Shown: positions 35,421 through 49,247, counted from the whole stretch's first letter. The stretch is DNA of 62,867 nt, filler included, from Lenisia limosa (GCA_001655205.1; 18 parts of 18 records of this genome joined end to end with filler, not necessarily neighbours in it); one strand, 5' to 3'. The notes: generated by a model not told the origin, from the sequence alone. Made by a program: numbers and translations.

Positions 35421-37699
35421 TGAATGTTGAAGGATAAGTGAGTTTATGTCTTGAAAGAAATCCGGTCTTATTGATGTCGGTAACATTCCCACTAATTATT
35501 GCTCTCTCACGTTCACCATCAATGTCTAATTTTGAGTTTAATCGTTTCCGTGAGTTTATTAGCTGAATTCTTTGATAAGACATAGTAATGTCTCTGTTTT
35601 ACACCACTTTGTGAACAATATTTCAGGAAAAGAGAAAACGACAAAACATTAATGTTATCCAATTCTCTTGGAGTTGACTCAGAAAAGTGCATATTTCTTG
35701 GGAAATTCCAAAAAAAAAAAACATGTTTTCATTGGACTCCGGCTTTAAAAATAAAAATACAATATCCATTTAAATCAGTACCACATGAACCATATCTTAG
35801 AGGTCGAGAACAGTTGGCGGAAGAGCGTCATCTCTAAACTCCCTGTAGTCCGAATGTAACACCGCTGTTTTCTCCCTGGGAATATGAAATAAATGATCTG
35901 TAATAAGCTCATGTATTAAGCCTACTCTCCCTATTAAGCACTGTTGGGTATACATGTATTACCAAAATCCTACTCTACATATGAGCTGTCTATCTCAGTA
36001 TATCCCGTGCCATCTTAACTATCCCAATTCTAATCTTAACCTGAGCTGTCTCAAACACATATATCCCAGGCCTACTGTCCTCCTGTAGACGCTTTGAAAA
36101 CTCCGAACAGGACCGCAAAAACTCCAGCCACCACTATCAACGCAACCATGAAGTTCTTCATTGCATGCGACTGAGTGGTTAAGCGGTTCTTAACTCCGGC
36201 GGTCCTAAAAAGACCAAAATGCAGTCTTTTATTATAACCGAAGTGGAGTCGCTTATTTATCTCTATGATGATTTGGTGCTTTTAAAAATACAAATCTGTG
36301 TCTTTGAAGAGAAGCGAATTACTGAAAGACTGATCGGCAAAGCAAACATCGAAAGTATATCACCACCATTAGCATGACGTCTCCCCAAAAAAATATAGGG
36401 TCTTAACCAAATATAAAATTACAAGGAGGAAGCGAAATAGGGTGGCTCTTTTAAAAAAAACGTCTGTAGTTGCAAAAATTCAGCTTTTATATTTTAATTT
36501 GTTCATAAAAATACCATTTTTATACCTTATTTTTAACTACAGACTCTGCCACCCCCCTTTTTAGATGAGCCATAATCGCGCCCCATACGGATGAATGTTC
36601 TTCGTCACTCGAGTCAACCACGTCAACATCGCTGGATGACCCCGGGTCCTGGGAGGGTAAGTTAGATAATGATGGAACGAGAGAATATCGGTTCACAGTG
36701 TTGGGCAAATGGAGGGGGAATGTGGTTACGATTGTTGGGAAAATGGAGGNNNNNNNNNNNNNNNNNNNNNNNNNNNNNNNNNNNNNNNNNNNNNNNNNNN
36801 NNNNNNNNNNNNNNNNNNNNNNNNNNNNNNNNNNNNNNNNNNNNNTGGCGGTTGATTGAAATGTGGGCTGGTGAGAGGGTGAGGATTGTTCCTTGTTCTT
36901 TGATAAAGCCCATGAAAATGATCCACAGACCACTTGGCTTGATGGTTCAGAAGAGTCGGAGGAGTCGGAAGAGTCAGAAGGCTCGGAAGAAGAGGATTCA
37001 GATGATGGGTCAACTGATGAAGATGTTGGAGTTGGCTCGGAGCAGATGAGATCGCTGACCCATTGACCAACCTAAAACGAATCAATCGTGTCCCTTTTCT
37101 TGTTATAAAAACAGAGAAATGAACGAACAGCTTCATATACTTTGCTAAATAGCACATTTTATCGGACTATCTCATTCCCAGAACCAACAGTTCCACATTC
37201 GATGAACGGGGTGCCGCCAGTGGCTTCCAGTCCGGGTGCGCATCTAGGTAGTGATTCTTAACCGTAGGGAAACTAACACTTTCAAACCTGCGTTTTCAAG
37301 GGGAAACTGTTTGGATATAACTGATGATAATGTGATGATGTATAAATGTGTATGATGCTAATACCTCGCTAATGCTAGCTAATAAACGACAAAAAGTGCA
37401 AATAAGAACCAATCACTCAGTAAAAAGTAGAATATCGAAAAAATATTCCATACTACCATTGTTCTAAAGTATGACTGAGACCAGTGTATCGTTATTTACT
37501 GAATTTAAAGAGCAAATGCGCATCCTATCAATACTATTATTGNNNNNNNNNNNNNNNNNNNNNNNNNNNNNNNNNNNNNNNNNNNNTTAATTAATTAANN
37601 NNNNNNNNNNNNNNNNNNNNNNNNNNNNNNNNNNNNNNNNNNGAGGAGAGGTAAGGGGTATGCTGATAAACAGAGCGAGGAAGAGGAGAGGTAAGGGGT

Positions 37700-38603
37700 A
37701 TGGTATGAAGAATGGGCAAATGAACACACTGTGGGTGTCAGTGCACTTTCGATTAATTGATCAATTGTCTTGAACCATTGAACGAGGAAACCACTCAAAA
37801 AGTGACACGTTTGACCAATGCCAAGACCTGTCACCCGCACCCCCCTCACATTGAGCTTCAAAAGAGGGCGGAATAGCGCCAGAAGCTCCTGGTACTGAAG
37901 AGGTGTTAGAGTGGAAAGACGAAATAATGATACTACGAGGGTTTCAAGGTAGAAAAGAAACAGAAAACCATATTACAATATATATAACATATATTATTTA
38001 GTGATACGATATAAAACAAGGTTGTGTCACGCTTCGAAGAGCTACATTCTATAAATATACATATGATACTATATTGTATGCATTACAAAGATGAGAAAGG
38101 GATTATATGGCCGAAGCCTTCCTCATTCTATATGTGTCCATCATATTCTATATATCTGACATCTTTGTCGCCCCTATATACTTATGTCCTCTTTGTCGCC
38201 CCTATATGGTATATTATTGTGCCATCTTTGTCTCCCCGTACCTTCTGCTCTACCAACTGGTCCACGTACTTCTTCGGCACCACGCTATCGTTGATATCGT
38301 ACACTATTGACGCTGTGTTTGGTGGTAATCTGAAGGCTGTAAAACCTCACTTATTTGAATGATGTCTGAAAGGTGGATAAATGATAAAGAAAGTGCGGAT
38401 TACCATGAAAGATTGCAATTTTCTCGAAAGGTGAAACTTATTGTGTCAAGGCATGTCACCAGTCCAAAAGCACAGACAACAATCCGTCCTAAGCATCAAA
38501 CCTTGCCCAATCCCTCCGACACGCTACTTTGTGCACGTGTGAGGGACGCGGAGAACAACAGCACCAGCAGTAGTGGGACAATTCGATAAAGATGCGCGAT
38601 CAT
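37700..38603 (-). CDS. Unknown secreted/membrane protein, 5' part
   Basis: ATG at 38603 encodes MIAHLYRIVPLLLVLLFSASLTRAQSS (signal-peptide-like); downstream GT-AG exons include FRLPPNTASIVYDINDSVVPKKYVDQLVEQK and YQELLALFRPLLKLN|..GLGIGQTCHFLSGFLVQWFKTIDQLIES. Confidence 0.6.
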
Positions 38604-39574
38604 AGTGAGGAGAGGGCTACTTTTCGTTTCTCTTTTGATTAAACATAAATATAAAATATATTATTACTATATTATATGTAGAGAGGAGTACAGGGCTGGT
38701 ATAGGGAAAAAAACAGGAAAGAAGGAGAGAGGGAATTCCCTGGACGCCGGCGGGTGTATTCTTGGAAAATTGGTATATTTGGTGACCTGGGGGTGTGAAG
38801 GGAATTCTCTTTTTTGTGTGGCATGGCTGTTTTTGATAAAGAGCCTGAAGCTCAAATACCCAAAATCCCCATTGAGTAACATTGAGTAACATTGAGTTTA
38901 AAAACCTGCTGAAACACTCTGGGAACAATAAAATTAAATATGGAAATCAAACATTGGGCAATTATGAAAAACACCCATCTAAGACTTAAATCCTGACGAG
39001 AATCCGCATGGATCCACGAGTGTTTAGACAGTTTTGACAGAAATAGAAATGTTGGGGCTACTGTCTCCGTTGCTCCTCGGCTTCCGCGGCCACTGTTTGC
39101 ATAATTGCGCCGAGCTTGCCTGTTATGGTAAGTGGCGGAATTAGGCCTGACTGAGTCCAAAAAAGCTGTCTTTGTTAATATTCGCCATTGCCCACGATGG
39201 TGTAGTGAAAGTATTATTGTAGCTAACAATGATATCAAGCAAGAGAATGAGAAAGAAAAGGGTGAATTTGGCCAGCCGTCCAATAATAGTTCCCCTTCTA
39301 ATGCCTCCGGTAAAGTGTACGAGCCCAGCATCCCCAATTACCGAGGGCCTCAGCTCTTTTGTATTTCATTGAACTAGACTCCTAATAAAGTAAAATGATG
39401 GCGTGAACGAAGAAAAATATTGAGAACGTGTGGAGAAACCCCGATTTTCCGAAAAGAGAAATAGTAGTTCACATTTTACTCCTTATATTCATGTATCATA
39501 TGCATAAAATTCTGACATATCGACTTACAAGTTTCATGGTGTTTCAACAACTTTAGTAAATCCTGTAAGTAGGA

Positions 39575-39700
39575 ACAAAAAAAGCAGCATTCAAGTCTTA
39601 TGAACAAACAAAGCAACATTCAAGTCTTATGAACAAACAAATCAGCATTCAATTGTTATGAACAAACAAAGCAACATCAAGTCTGATGAACATTCAAGTC
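39575..39700. repeat. About 29-bp minisatellite (gaacaaacaaagcaacattcaagtcttat)
   Basis: About four degenerate tandem units. Confidence 0.75.
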
Positions 39701-40016
39701 TACTGCCTACTCCTGGAGCTGATTTGAGGACTTTCCTACAAACTGCACTCAAAGTTGACTCAATGTCAATGCAGGAAATCTGGGNNNNNNNNNNNNNNNN
39801 NNNNNNNNNNNNNNNNNNNNNNNNNNNNTTAATTAATTAANNNNNNNNNNNNNNNNNNNNNNNNNNNNNNNNNNNNNNNNNNNNTCCAGATGATACATTG
39901 TAAAATAATGCATCCAGATGATACATTGTAAAATAATGCATCCAAATCGTACCTTCTTTTTTTTTCTTCAACTCAATTTGTACATGTAGTTCGAAATACG
40001 ACTTGTCACAGTTTAG

Positions 40017-40953
40017 GCTGGAAAAGAACCTCCTGAATCGAACAATGAAGGACCCCAGCCAATTTGGCAAGACCTACCAGATCCCTCTGAAGGTATGGCA
40101 CCATTGAATATCAGGTTTTATATTGTTGTTCTTTATGGTATTATGTATATCTATGATATGTATTTTGTTGAACAAAAATAAACAAGTTTTCTCATCTTTT
40201 GGTCGATTTTGATCTGAACTTAACAACCCCCCCCCCCCAGGTGGNNNNNNNNNNNNNNNNNNNNNNNNNNNNNNNNNNNNNNNNNNNNGGCCAAGGCCAT
40301 TTATGCCAAGGTTTTCGACTACCTTGTTATCCGAGTAAGTCCTGGTGTTCATGACTTCTGACCATATTCCCCATTTCTCTAATGCCCAGATCAATCACTC
40401 ACTTTCTGGCGATGAGGAGGCCCACGCCTTTATTGGTGTTCTTGATATCTTCGGTTTCGAGCATTTTGAGTTGGGGGGGGGGTGCAAATTGATAGCGACT
40501 ATGGATAATATTATTTCTGCAATCATTAGATGTTAGTATTATCATTGATTATTAGACTTCCTCTTTCACCTCTCCCAGGACAAACTCCTTTGAACAACTC
40601 TGTATCAACTTTGCAAATGAAAAACTTCAGCAACACTTCAACGCCTGTATCATGAAACAGGTATGGGGGTAATGACCGGGGAGAGTACTCAATAGTGGTA
40701 ATTGTTGAGCAAATGAAAGGCTGTCCATCATTTACTTATCATTTAGGAGCAAGAAATCTACGAAAGAGAAGCTATTCGATTTGAACGCATCACATACAAA
40801 GATAACCAAGACTGTATTGATCTTGTTGAAAAGAAGGGTAGGGGTCTTGCCTCACTTCTTGACACCTAATGTCTCCTAGGTTCAGGTATTCTCGCAATGC
40901 TTGATGAGGAGTGCCGTATGCCTAAATCGTCGTATCAGTCACTGGTCACAAAG
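40017..40953 (+). CDS. Myosin motor domain, internal fragment
   Basis: [17 protein letters not shown]...[71 protein letters not shown] (switch II and relay helix). Class not assignable. Confidence 0.96.
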
Positions 40954-41408
40954 GTTGGCTGGCCTTTTAACTCAAATGCAATTGCACTTGGATGTGTCCG
41001 TTTGCTCAACACATATAATATCCATATATAGCTATATGATCGATATATTATGTATATATCTATATCATATGTACATGTAATATACTATATAGATAGTATA
41101 ATACTTGCTATATATTACATATACACCGTCCATATATCTGTGAATTTTCCTCTATCTGTGAAAATAAGCCAAATGAACATTTTCCTTGATAGAANNNNNN
41201 NNNNNNNNNNNNNNNNNNNNNNNNNNNNNNNNNNNNNNTTAATTAATTAANNNNNNNNNNNNNNNNNNNNNNNNNNNNNNNNNNNNNNNNNNNNATGAAA
41301 GGGATAATAAATATTAATCCAAAGCAGACACAACACAATAAAATCTTGGGAAAATACAACTATTTATACAAAACCTGGGGCATGATAACGATTTGACTCA
41401 CTTCAGGT

Positions 41409-42500
41409 CCACCCCGTCTGACTCCACTGCTGATCACTTGAGAGACAAACTCAAATCTGAGAAGGTTGGGGAAACTCAAGTTTGCTAATGTCAAAAGAAA
41501 GAAACAAAAACCTGAGATTTTATCCCATATCACCTTTACACGTGGTTTTTGTGAACACCTCGGCCAGATTGTCTTAATTTTCCGATATAATGCATGCATA
41601 GTTATCTTTTCTTTCATCTTTGCTGTAACTTGTTTTTTTTGAGTTTTAGATTATTCGGTTCGTGATTAGCACCTTTACGCCAATATTTTTTCACCAACAT
41701 TTCTTTCGTTTAACTCCCGCAACATAGTTGATTCTTGGTTTAATTTTATTTTCATAATCCTATTTTGCAGGAGGACAAGAAGAAGGCCGAGGATCAGAAG
41801 AAGGAAGAAGCGGATGAAAAAACTGCAGACGACAAAATGAAGGCGAGACAGGAGCGATTTGCGTGGGGGGGGGGGGNNNNNNNNNNNNNNNNNNNNNNNN
41901 NNNNNNNNNNNNNNNNNNNNNNNNNNNNNNNNNNNNNNNNNNTGATGATGTTGACAGCTTCAGACAAAACCCTTTCACTCACCCTCACAGCAAGCCCACA
42001 AAACCCGCGCCAAGCACTAAAGCGAAATCATCAAAAACGACAGACAAGCCCGTAATGCCCTCGACAAAGGCCTCAGAGAAGCCCGCGCCAGCTTCGAAGT
42101 CCAGCGACAAGAAGGACGACAAGAAGGATGAAAAGAAGGACGACAAGAAGGATGATGAGAAGGAGAAGCGCGAGACTCGGAGCTCGTCAGCAGACCGACG
42201 GGCCAAAGAGGATGAAAAGAAGACCGATCGCAGCCGAAGGTGAGGGCAAAGAGGTAACAGAAAGTATTGTGTGCTGTGAAGAGGATCAAGGCAGCGGGGA
42301 ATTCGTCTGATGCTAACCATGTTGTAGGTCTCAAGAACGAACTTCTCAACCGAGGGGGCGCGGAAGGTAAGCCTCTTCACCTCTGTCAACATGGATTTCC
42401 AGATGATCGGGGGAATTTTGACCCTTCAGCACATCCACGGCCAGTTCGTCTAGAAGTGAGCGCGAAACAAGGAGGTCCCGCCATAATTGATTTATTGATG
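41409..42500 (+). CDS. Lys/Asp/Glu/Arg-rich low-complexity C-terminus of an unknown protein
   Basis: Exons EDKKKAEDQKKEEADEK..RQERFA, DDVDSFRQNPF...DKKDDKKDEKKDDKK...TDRSRR, SQERTSQPRGRG and RSERETRRSRHN*. Confidence 0.6.
41640..41770 (+). repeat. Intron-3'-end repeat family copy ending at the acceptor AG (41770)
   Basis: gagttttagattattcggttcgtgattagcacctttacgccaatatt...atagttgattcttgg...ttcataatcctattttgcag. Confidence 0.75.
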
Positions 42501-43126
42501 CAATATGTTGTCTTAGAAGAGATAGAAGGCTGCGGACGGGGTCTATCATAGCAGGAAAAGAATTGAAATTCCAATAAAACAGTCAGTAATGCATTTTTAT
42601 TATAAAACACACAGTAAATATGAAAAAGTGGACCTGTCAACTGCACCTAAGTCTCCTACGACACAGGATGGATTCAGTTGAAGTGAAACGTAGACCTCTA
42701 AAAAGCGAAAAAATTAACCACAAACTTCAAAACCTACAATAGCCCTTGTAGTCAAGGTAAAGAATGAGGAGAACGAAGAAGAAGAGACTAACGAAAGTCC
42801 AATGGTAGAAGAGAGCCAAGCAGATTTGAACTAAAACGTTATTTCATCTAAAATAGACTGCTGAGAACCCACTCCACTCTCTCGCTGAGGACTTTCTGGG
42901 GGGAAGTGTAACGGGAACGCTCTCTGCCATCTCTGGGGGCGTTAATATAATACTAAAAGTGATAAAACCAACCAAATCAGATTATAATAAGAGGTTTTGT
43001 GCGGTTTGAAAAATTCACCAAAAAATATAGGATCCGGTCCGGCCAATGAACTGAACTGAGGGTCACCTAGTTTCTTTTTTCACCAAATTATTTTTTGAAT
43101 TTTAAACCTTTATTGCTTCGAATAAA

Positions 43127-44142
43127 ATGGGAGAATCACTCGATAACGAAAAGAAACAGAAGATTCCTTCTTTTGCCAAGGTTAGTTCGAATAATCTTTC
43201 TCTGAAGCTTCTCGATTTTGTTCACGTTGCAGAACCTCCAAATGGAGCTTTCTTGGGGAATCGACGAGGGCAAGTCTGTTGATCTTGATGCCTCCGCTGT
43301 TATCACCGAGAAGGACGGTGACATCAAGGGATGTGCTTCTTACCAGTCTACTCGCATCGGCAACTACATCCAGCACATGGGTGACAACGTTTGCGGGTTT
43401 CCTTTTAATTGTTTTTATTGCCCGCCTTTGATTTTGTTTGACCGCTTTTAGACTAGCGGAGCTGGTGAAGGTCCCGATGAAATCATTCGGTAAGCATTTG
43501 GGTAGTATGTCCTATGTACAGCTGGATTTTTCGGTCTAATTTTTCTGTAGCTTTTGGATGGACAAAATTCCCAAGAATATCTACTACATGTTCGGTGTTG
43601 TTGCTGTCTATAGCTCTGATAGCGACTTTGCTGATGTCAATGATATCGGAGTTTCTTTCTCCATCTTCAAGGAAGAGAAGCCTCCTAGCCCGTAAGCTGA
43701 TCCCAAATTAGAAGGTTGATTTACGTTGTTAAGCTGGGCTAAGCTCTTTGGCAAGTGCTGCGCCTCTATGCCTTCTGTCGACCTTCCCTCAGTTGATATG
43801 CCCTCTGTTGACCTTCCCGATATTGACATGCCCGACGTTGACATGCCGAGTATGCTTCCCCTATTTTCTTTACTTGATCCGAGTCTCTGAGTCATTCCGC
43901 GGAGTTGTTCTCACCACTTTACATTTGTAGACATGAATCCCATGCAACTCTGGGAGAAGATCAAGCCCCATTTCACCTTCAAATCTCCTTGCAAGGGCGC
44001 CCATACTTCAACTGTTGTTGCCTGCATTTACCGTGACGACGATGACTGGTACATGAACCGTATGACCGTCAAGGGTGAGGCCAGGAAGGGAACCGACTAC
44101 GACAAGCTCAAGCCTCAGTTCGACGAGATCCGCAAGGAGTAG
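43127..44142 (+). CDS. Complete 6-exon TerD-family (CABP1/TerD stress) protein with an internal repeat insertion
   Basis: LQMELSWGIDEGKSVDLDASAV...IQHMGDNTSGAGEGPDEIIRFWMDKIPKNIYYMFGVVAVYS are TerD hallmarks (LxW, DLDASA, HxGDNxxGxGEGxDExI). The C-terminus TVVACIYRDDDDWYM ends in TAG at 44142, and all intron phases join. Confidence 0.88.
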
Positions 44143-44568
44143 GCTTTTTTTCTTTCTTTCTCCTCTAACTCTTTTGCAGTATCGACTAAGCACACTCTGC
44201 TGACGTTTGTACAATAGGTTTTCGCCACAGTTTTGATTTATATTGTTTTGGATATTTATTACCAGGGAAAGATAAGCTTTTTGAGGGCTAAGTATATCTT
44301 GGATGCATTTCAATCCCAATTCCTTTTTGTTATCGAAATCAAATTGTGTGACGAAGTTCTCCCCACGTTTTTTTTTTTCGACGCTTCGAATGTAGAGAGA
44401 GAAGGCCACATAAAATCATAAAAGAGTATTATTTATTTATTGAAATATTAGTTGAACAAGATAACTAGATAAGCAGACAACAAACGATATACAAATTGCC
44501 CTACTCTGAGTAAGGCTAAGGCGCTCTGCTCTGGTCTTGCCTAGTCTCTAGTAGCAGCCCTTAGCACA

Positions 44569-46703
44569 ATGGCCGATATTCAAGCTGCCCCATGGCCTTC
44601 AGTAAGTCGCCCCTGCTGTTTCATCGTGTAGCAAGTTCCGATCTACTATCACTCCAACGATGAGTCGTCGTTCTCCTCAAAATCAGGTCTGTATTAGAAA
44701 CAGTGTTGTTGTGTTTTAGAAAGATCACTTTTTTTTGGGTGAGACAATGAAGTACTCATTCATGGTTATTTGGGAACATATTGCCATCAACATTATAGAC
44801 TATTGGACGTAGGGGAAGAAACATTATAAGGTTATTTGGAAGAAGGTTTAAAATTATAAGGCTATTTGGACGGAGGGAGGGAGGGTGTACAAGACTGAGT
44901 GAAGGAGGAATAGATATCCAGTACAAGCCCAATGGAAAAAAGCGGGTCCATTATAGTCCTCTTGGGAATAAATCCATTGGGAGATTACTTTTTTTGCCTT
45001 ACCTACCCACCTACTGCATCCAATGTATTTACTTCCCTTCTTCGGACCTCCCCCCCCCNNNNNNNNNNNNNNNNNNNNNNNNNNNNNNNNNNNNNNNNNN
45101 NNNNNNNNNNNNNNNNNNNNNNNNNNNNNNNNNNNNNNNNNNNNNNNNNNNNNNNNNNNNNNNNNNNNNNNNNNNNNNNNNNNNNNNNNNNNNNNNNNNN
45201 NNNNNNNNNNNNNNNNNNNNNNNNNNNNNNNNNNNNNNNNNNNNNNNNNNNNNGTCCTTGGCCAAAGCACAGTGGAAGATGCGCTGAAAGCCACCCTCCA
45301 AGCCGCGGCCGTACCTGCTTGTGACCATGTCCTCTTCCAAATCAACGCCGTTTTTATTGGAGCTGGTGGGGGGAAAGGGGTTGGTCTGTGTGTTTATTCT
45401 CTTCAAATAACATCTCTTAGCTTCTCCTCGATTAGTATGATATATTATATCAATATCCTCTTACCATCTCTACTCTCCCTTTTACTATTTTCAGAGTTCC
45501 AGCTGGACTCTGACTCGACCCCCCTCAAAACTGCAGTTCACAAACTGGTTTCAAACACCGCGGGTGGCCTCGTGAGCTTGGAGGAGGGGGTGTATTTGTG
45601 TATGTGTATATGCATATGTATATATTGTATGTAATTATATTGCTTCACTTCGGTTCGAAAAGGATTTATCAAAAAATTTGAACCGAAGTGAAGCCCTATG
45701 TTGATTAGAAGTACTATGTAAGGGGGTGGAGATGGCCCCCTTCGTGGTTTGATTGAACGTAGAAGCTCAATGCGAAGATTTGCGTTGTTGATAAATTGGT
45801 AAAAACTGGATATTTAGATTTATATCTTATATCATATGATCGATAAGAAGCTGCAATACTATCGCCACATACAGTTAAGTCTTGACCGATTTTCTTTGGG
45901 AAATCACGCAGCACAATCGGTCAAGACCCTGGTCACTGTATAAGATATATGGAGCCATTCACTGTGAGACGATAGATTTTTTGACTAGTTTCAGCAATAT
46001 TTATACTGAAAATGCCTAAAAATGGTTTTGCAGGCATTTGAGAATATATTCTACGACCAATTTCACAGATTTACAAAAATAATGATTTTGGCACAAGTTT
46101 AACCACCATTTACCGTAAAAAGACGGTAAAATGCCCCCCAAAAAAACACCCCAAAAAAGACCAGAATTTCAGTCTGATTGAATTGGTACTCTCGATATTT
46201 TTATTTCCAAATGCGGTAAATTTTATCGGAATTTCCTAATCGGGTAAGTGGACTAACTGTGATAAAAATACTTTTATTGTTATTTCCTACCTTTTAATGT
46301 TATTTGCCTATACTGTAAGTTTCATTCTAAGGAAGGTTGGTTTTGAGAGTACCATTTTCACCATTGAAGTAAGCAAAAATGGCCCCCATTAACTACCGGT
46401 CACTACCATCTGCCTTCAGAGGTTAAGAAAATACCAAGTGTTCATGCAGAAACCTTTTAATACAAGAAGCCCAGAACTTATTTCAATAATTGCACATCAA
46501 GTAGCTTTGAAATCAATGATTGTGCTAAAAATCAGCTGGATATCGAATCCAACGATGGTATGAGTCAAAACTATCATTTGACTGTCAGTTTTCAACTTAT
46601 TTTCCAATGGTAAAACGAAAGAAATGGTTGTTTCACATTCAAATACTTACAGGGACTATGTCAAAGACCGATTAAATCCTAAATCTGGTAATGTCAACAC
46701 ATA
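44569..46703 (+). CDS. Unknown multi-exon protein
   Basis: ATG 44569 MADIQAAPWPS|QVPIYYHSNDESSFSSKS, later exons VLGQSTVEDALKATLQAAAVPACDHVLFQINAVFIGA and EFQLDSDSTPLKTAVHKLVSNTAGGLVSL. The 3' exons are uncertain. Confidence 0.5.
45872..45938. mobile_element. Tc1/pogo-type MITE copy (CAGTGACC family)
   Basis: TA|cagttaagtcttgaccgattt...aatcggtcaagaccctggtcactg|TA. Confidence 0.75.
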
Positions 46704-47149
46704 ATGCAGTATTGCTTTAAACTTGGTTCACGCGGTCCAATACCGAATACAGCGGAATATTCGACCAATTTCAACCAAAATTTGATCACAATTTTAGTGG
46801 AATACTGTACCGGGCAACTTTTACATTGGCTAAGTGAATTGTTATTATTATTATTATTGTTTATAAACATAGTTTTTCTATTAAAGCAGCTCAAAAGCTA
46901 CGTAAAAGTGCCTTTAAATTTTTTACAGACCAACATTAGTAAAAGTTATCCTATTTTTACTCAATATTGCCTTTCTCAAAAAACCCTCGGGCCCCAAGGG
47001 GATAAGGGTTTCAAATTGGGAAGTTGTCCCAGATATCCGCCTTATTAGAATATGTTAGGTAAATGATTTATTATTTTAATTCAATATAATATAATATCTT
47101 AATATGATATATGATATATTTATAAGCGTGACGGTGTGGATATTACCCC

Positions 47150-47550
47150 CCCCCCTCCCGGACCGTTTCGACTCGGCTGTTTCACCATGAGATGCCAATT
47201 CACGCCTTTTGCGCAACCTTTCCTGAATCATTCGGCGGCTGCGGGGGGGATAAAACTGGAAAATATATGAAACAAAAAAGCCCAAAATCAACTCTGTTGG
47301 TAAAACGAAAGAAATTTCGATGAAGAATAGTGGCATATGGGGGTAGGGGGGGGGAGAAAGGAGAGGTATATATATCTTTCTCTCCACACATAAAGGTGAG
47401 AAAAACAAAGCCCCGCTTATCCCCCCAACTTCATGGTATGACAGAATGTTTCAAACTGGGCCGCCTGAGACTCGACAATTAATCCTCTCGCTACGCCACA
47501 ATCTACGCCACGCTGCGAAATATCGCGTAATGTCGTCGGCGGTAGGGGGN
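47150..47550 (-). CDS. Unknown protein, exon fragments
   Basis: Exon RRMIQERLRKRRELASHGETAESKRS follows the acceptor ttttatcccccccgcag. Confidence 0.35.
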
Positions 47551-48219
47551 NNNNNNNNNNNNNNNNNNNNNNNNNNNNNNNNNNNNNNNNNNNTTAATTA
47601 ATTAANNNNNNNNNNNNNNNNNNNNNNNNNNNNNNNNNNNNNNNNNNNNAAGCCCAATCTATGATGCCTTCGATCCTTTTTTAATGACAAATTGATTAAT
47701 TCTTGAGCCTCATATTTGATTTCTCAATAAATTCTCAATGTGTGTGTCTTTTGAAACCAAAAGTCTGGTTTCAAGTAATTCATTTTGCTCGTGTACATAA
47801 TTATAGCAATCTTTGTGTTGTTTTTTCGTTTCTCTCACTTCAACCCCCCCCCCCCCCNNNNNNNNNNNNNNNNNNNNNNNNNNNNNNNNNNNNNNNNNNN
47901 NNNNNNNNNNNNNNNNNNNNNNNNNNNNNNNNNNNNNNNNNNNNNNNNNNNNNNNNNNNNNNNNNNNNNNNNNNNNNNNNNNNNNNNNNNNNNNNNNNNN
48001 NNNNNNNNNNNNNNNNNNNNNNNNNNNNNNNNNNNNNNNNNNNNNNNNNNNNNNNNNNNNNNNNNNNNNNNNNNNNNNNNNNNNNNNNNNNNNNNNNNTC
48101 GATTTCTACATTGCAACTGTTTAAAGACATGACTTGACCGCTTTTTTTTTTTGCTAAAGATCCATGCATAGATACATAATATACATATAATACACATACA
48201 TTCCCAGTCGCCGCTACAT

Positions 48220-49247
48220 TCAGGCCTCCTCTTTCAGGGAGTCGCCACTAGAAGAAGCCTTGAGACGATGAAGCGCCGAATCAACGTCATGCCACGAGTC
48301 TTGCTGCAAACGTTAATGGATGACTTTAGATATAAATATCGATAGAAACAAGTCTGCGATATGACATGGATATTGAGCACAAAAGATTCAAACACCCACA
48401 AAACCCTCATAGCATCATACCAGCGAGTTTCTTCGGGATAAGCTGATGGAGGACCTTCGAGACGTTTTCTTCTTCTTCTTCCCAAGACCTTCGCGCTTCT
48501 AGGGGGTCACAGTGAATAATTCCTGAAATAGTATTGCAAGATACTCCTATTTTTATCGTATTCTGCATATTAGTAATGTTGGTATGAAATGATACAAAAA
48601 TACAAAACCCTCTCACCTTCTTCCACTCATCATCCAACTTTTGTCGTTCCTTGTTCTCTTTTTCAAGCCTGAGGAGGGGTCACAAAGAGTCTTTTGGGGC
48701 TTTTACGAGATTACTAAGATCAAGATCCTGGCCTTCACTTGGGTCTGAAAAAGAAGGAATTTCTCAATATATTATACCATTATCTGAAGTAAAGCCCCAA
48801 GGCTCAAAGAAAAGTTCACGCATGTGAGAATATGTGATACTTATGACCTATACCACAAATCATATTCACCTCTGTATTTATATTACTCAGTCCAAAGCCC
48901 CCTTCCCACTCTTTCCTGAGGGCGGAAGGAAGAGACTCGAAGTCGGTCATACACAGGGGCTTCTCGGCCATTAAACGGTACGGCTNNNNNNNNNNNNNNN
49001 NNNNNNNNNNNNNNNNNNNNNNNNNNNNNNNNNNNNNNNNNNNNNNNNNNNNNNNNNNNNNNNNNNNNNNNNNNNNNNNNNNNNNNNNNNNNNNNNNNNN
49101 NNNNNNNNNNNNNNNNNNNCAAATTGGACCACAAACAAGCGTTCATTACTGCACCATTAGACCTCACCTGTGAAGCCAGATTGGCGCTGCATTTGCTGCA
49201 GTTGAAGCAGTCGGAATGATAAAGCTTCCGGTTGACTTCCATGGAGT
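48220..49247 (-). CDS. LIM-domain protein, 3' part
   Basis: KLYHSDCFNCSKCSANL..|..YRLMAEKPLCMTDF fits the second half of a LIM domain (HxxCFxCxxC...PLCxxD). It continues LEKENKERQKLDDEWKK, then RSWEEEEENVSK, then ...SLKEEA* (TGA 48220-48222). Confidence 0.8.

Noticed and set aside
43004-43108. Imperfect inverted repeat just upstream of the TerD start codon as a regulatory hairpin
   Set aside because: AT-rich with only about 20 bp of imperfect arms; it could be chance or a decayed MITE and is seen once.
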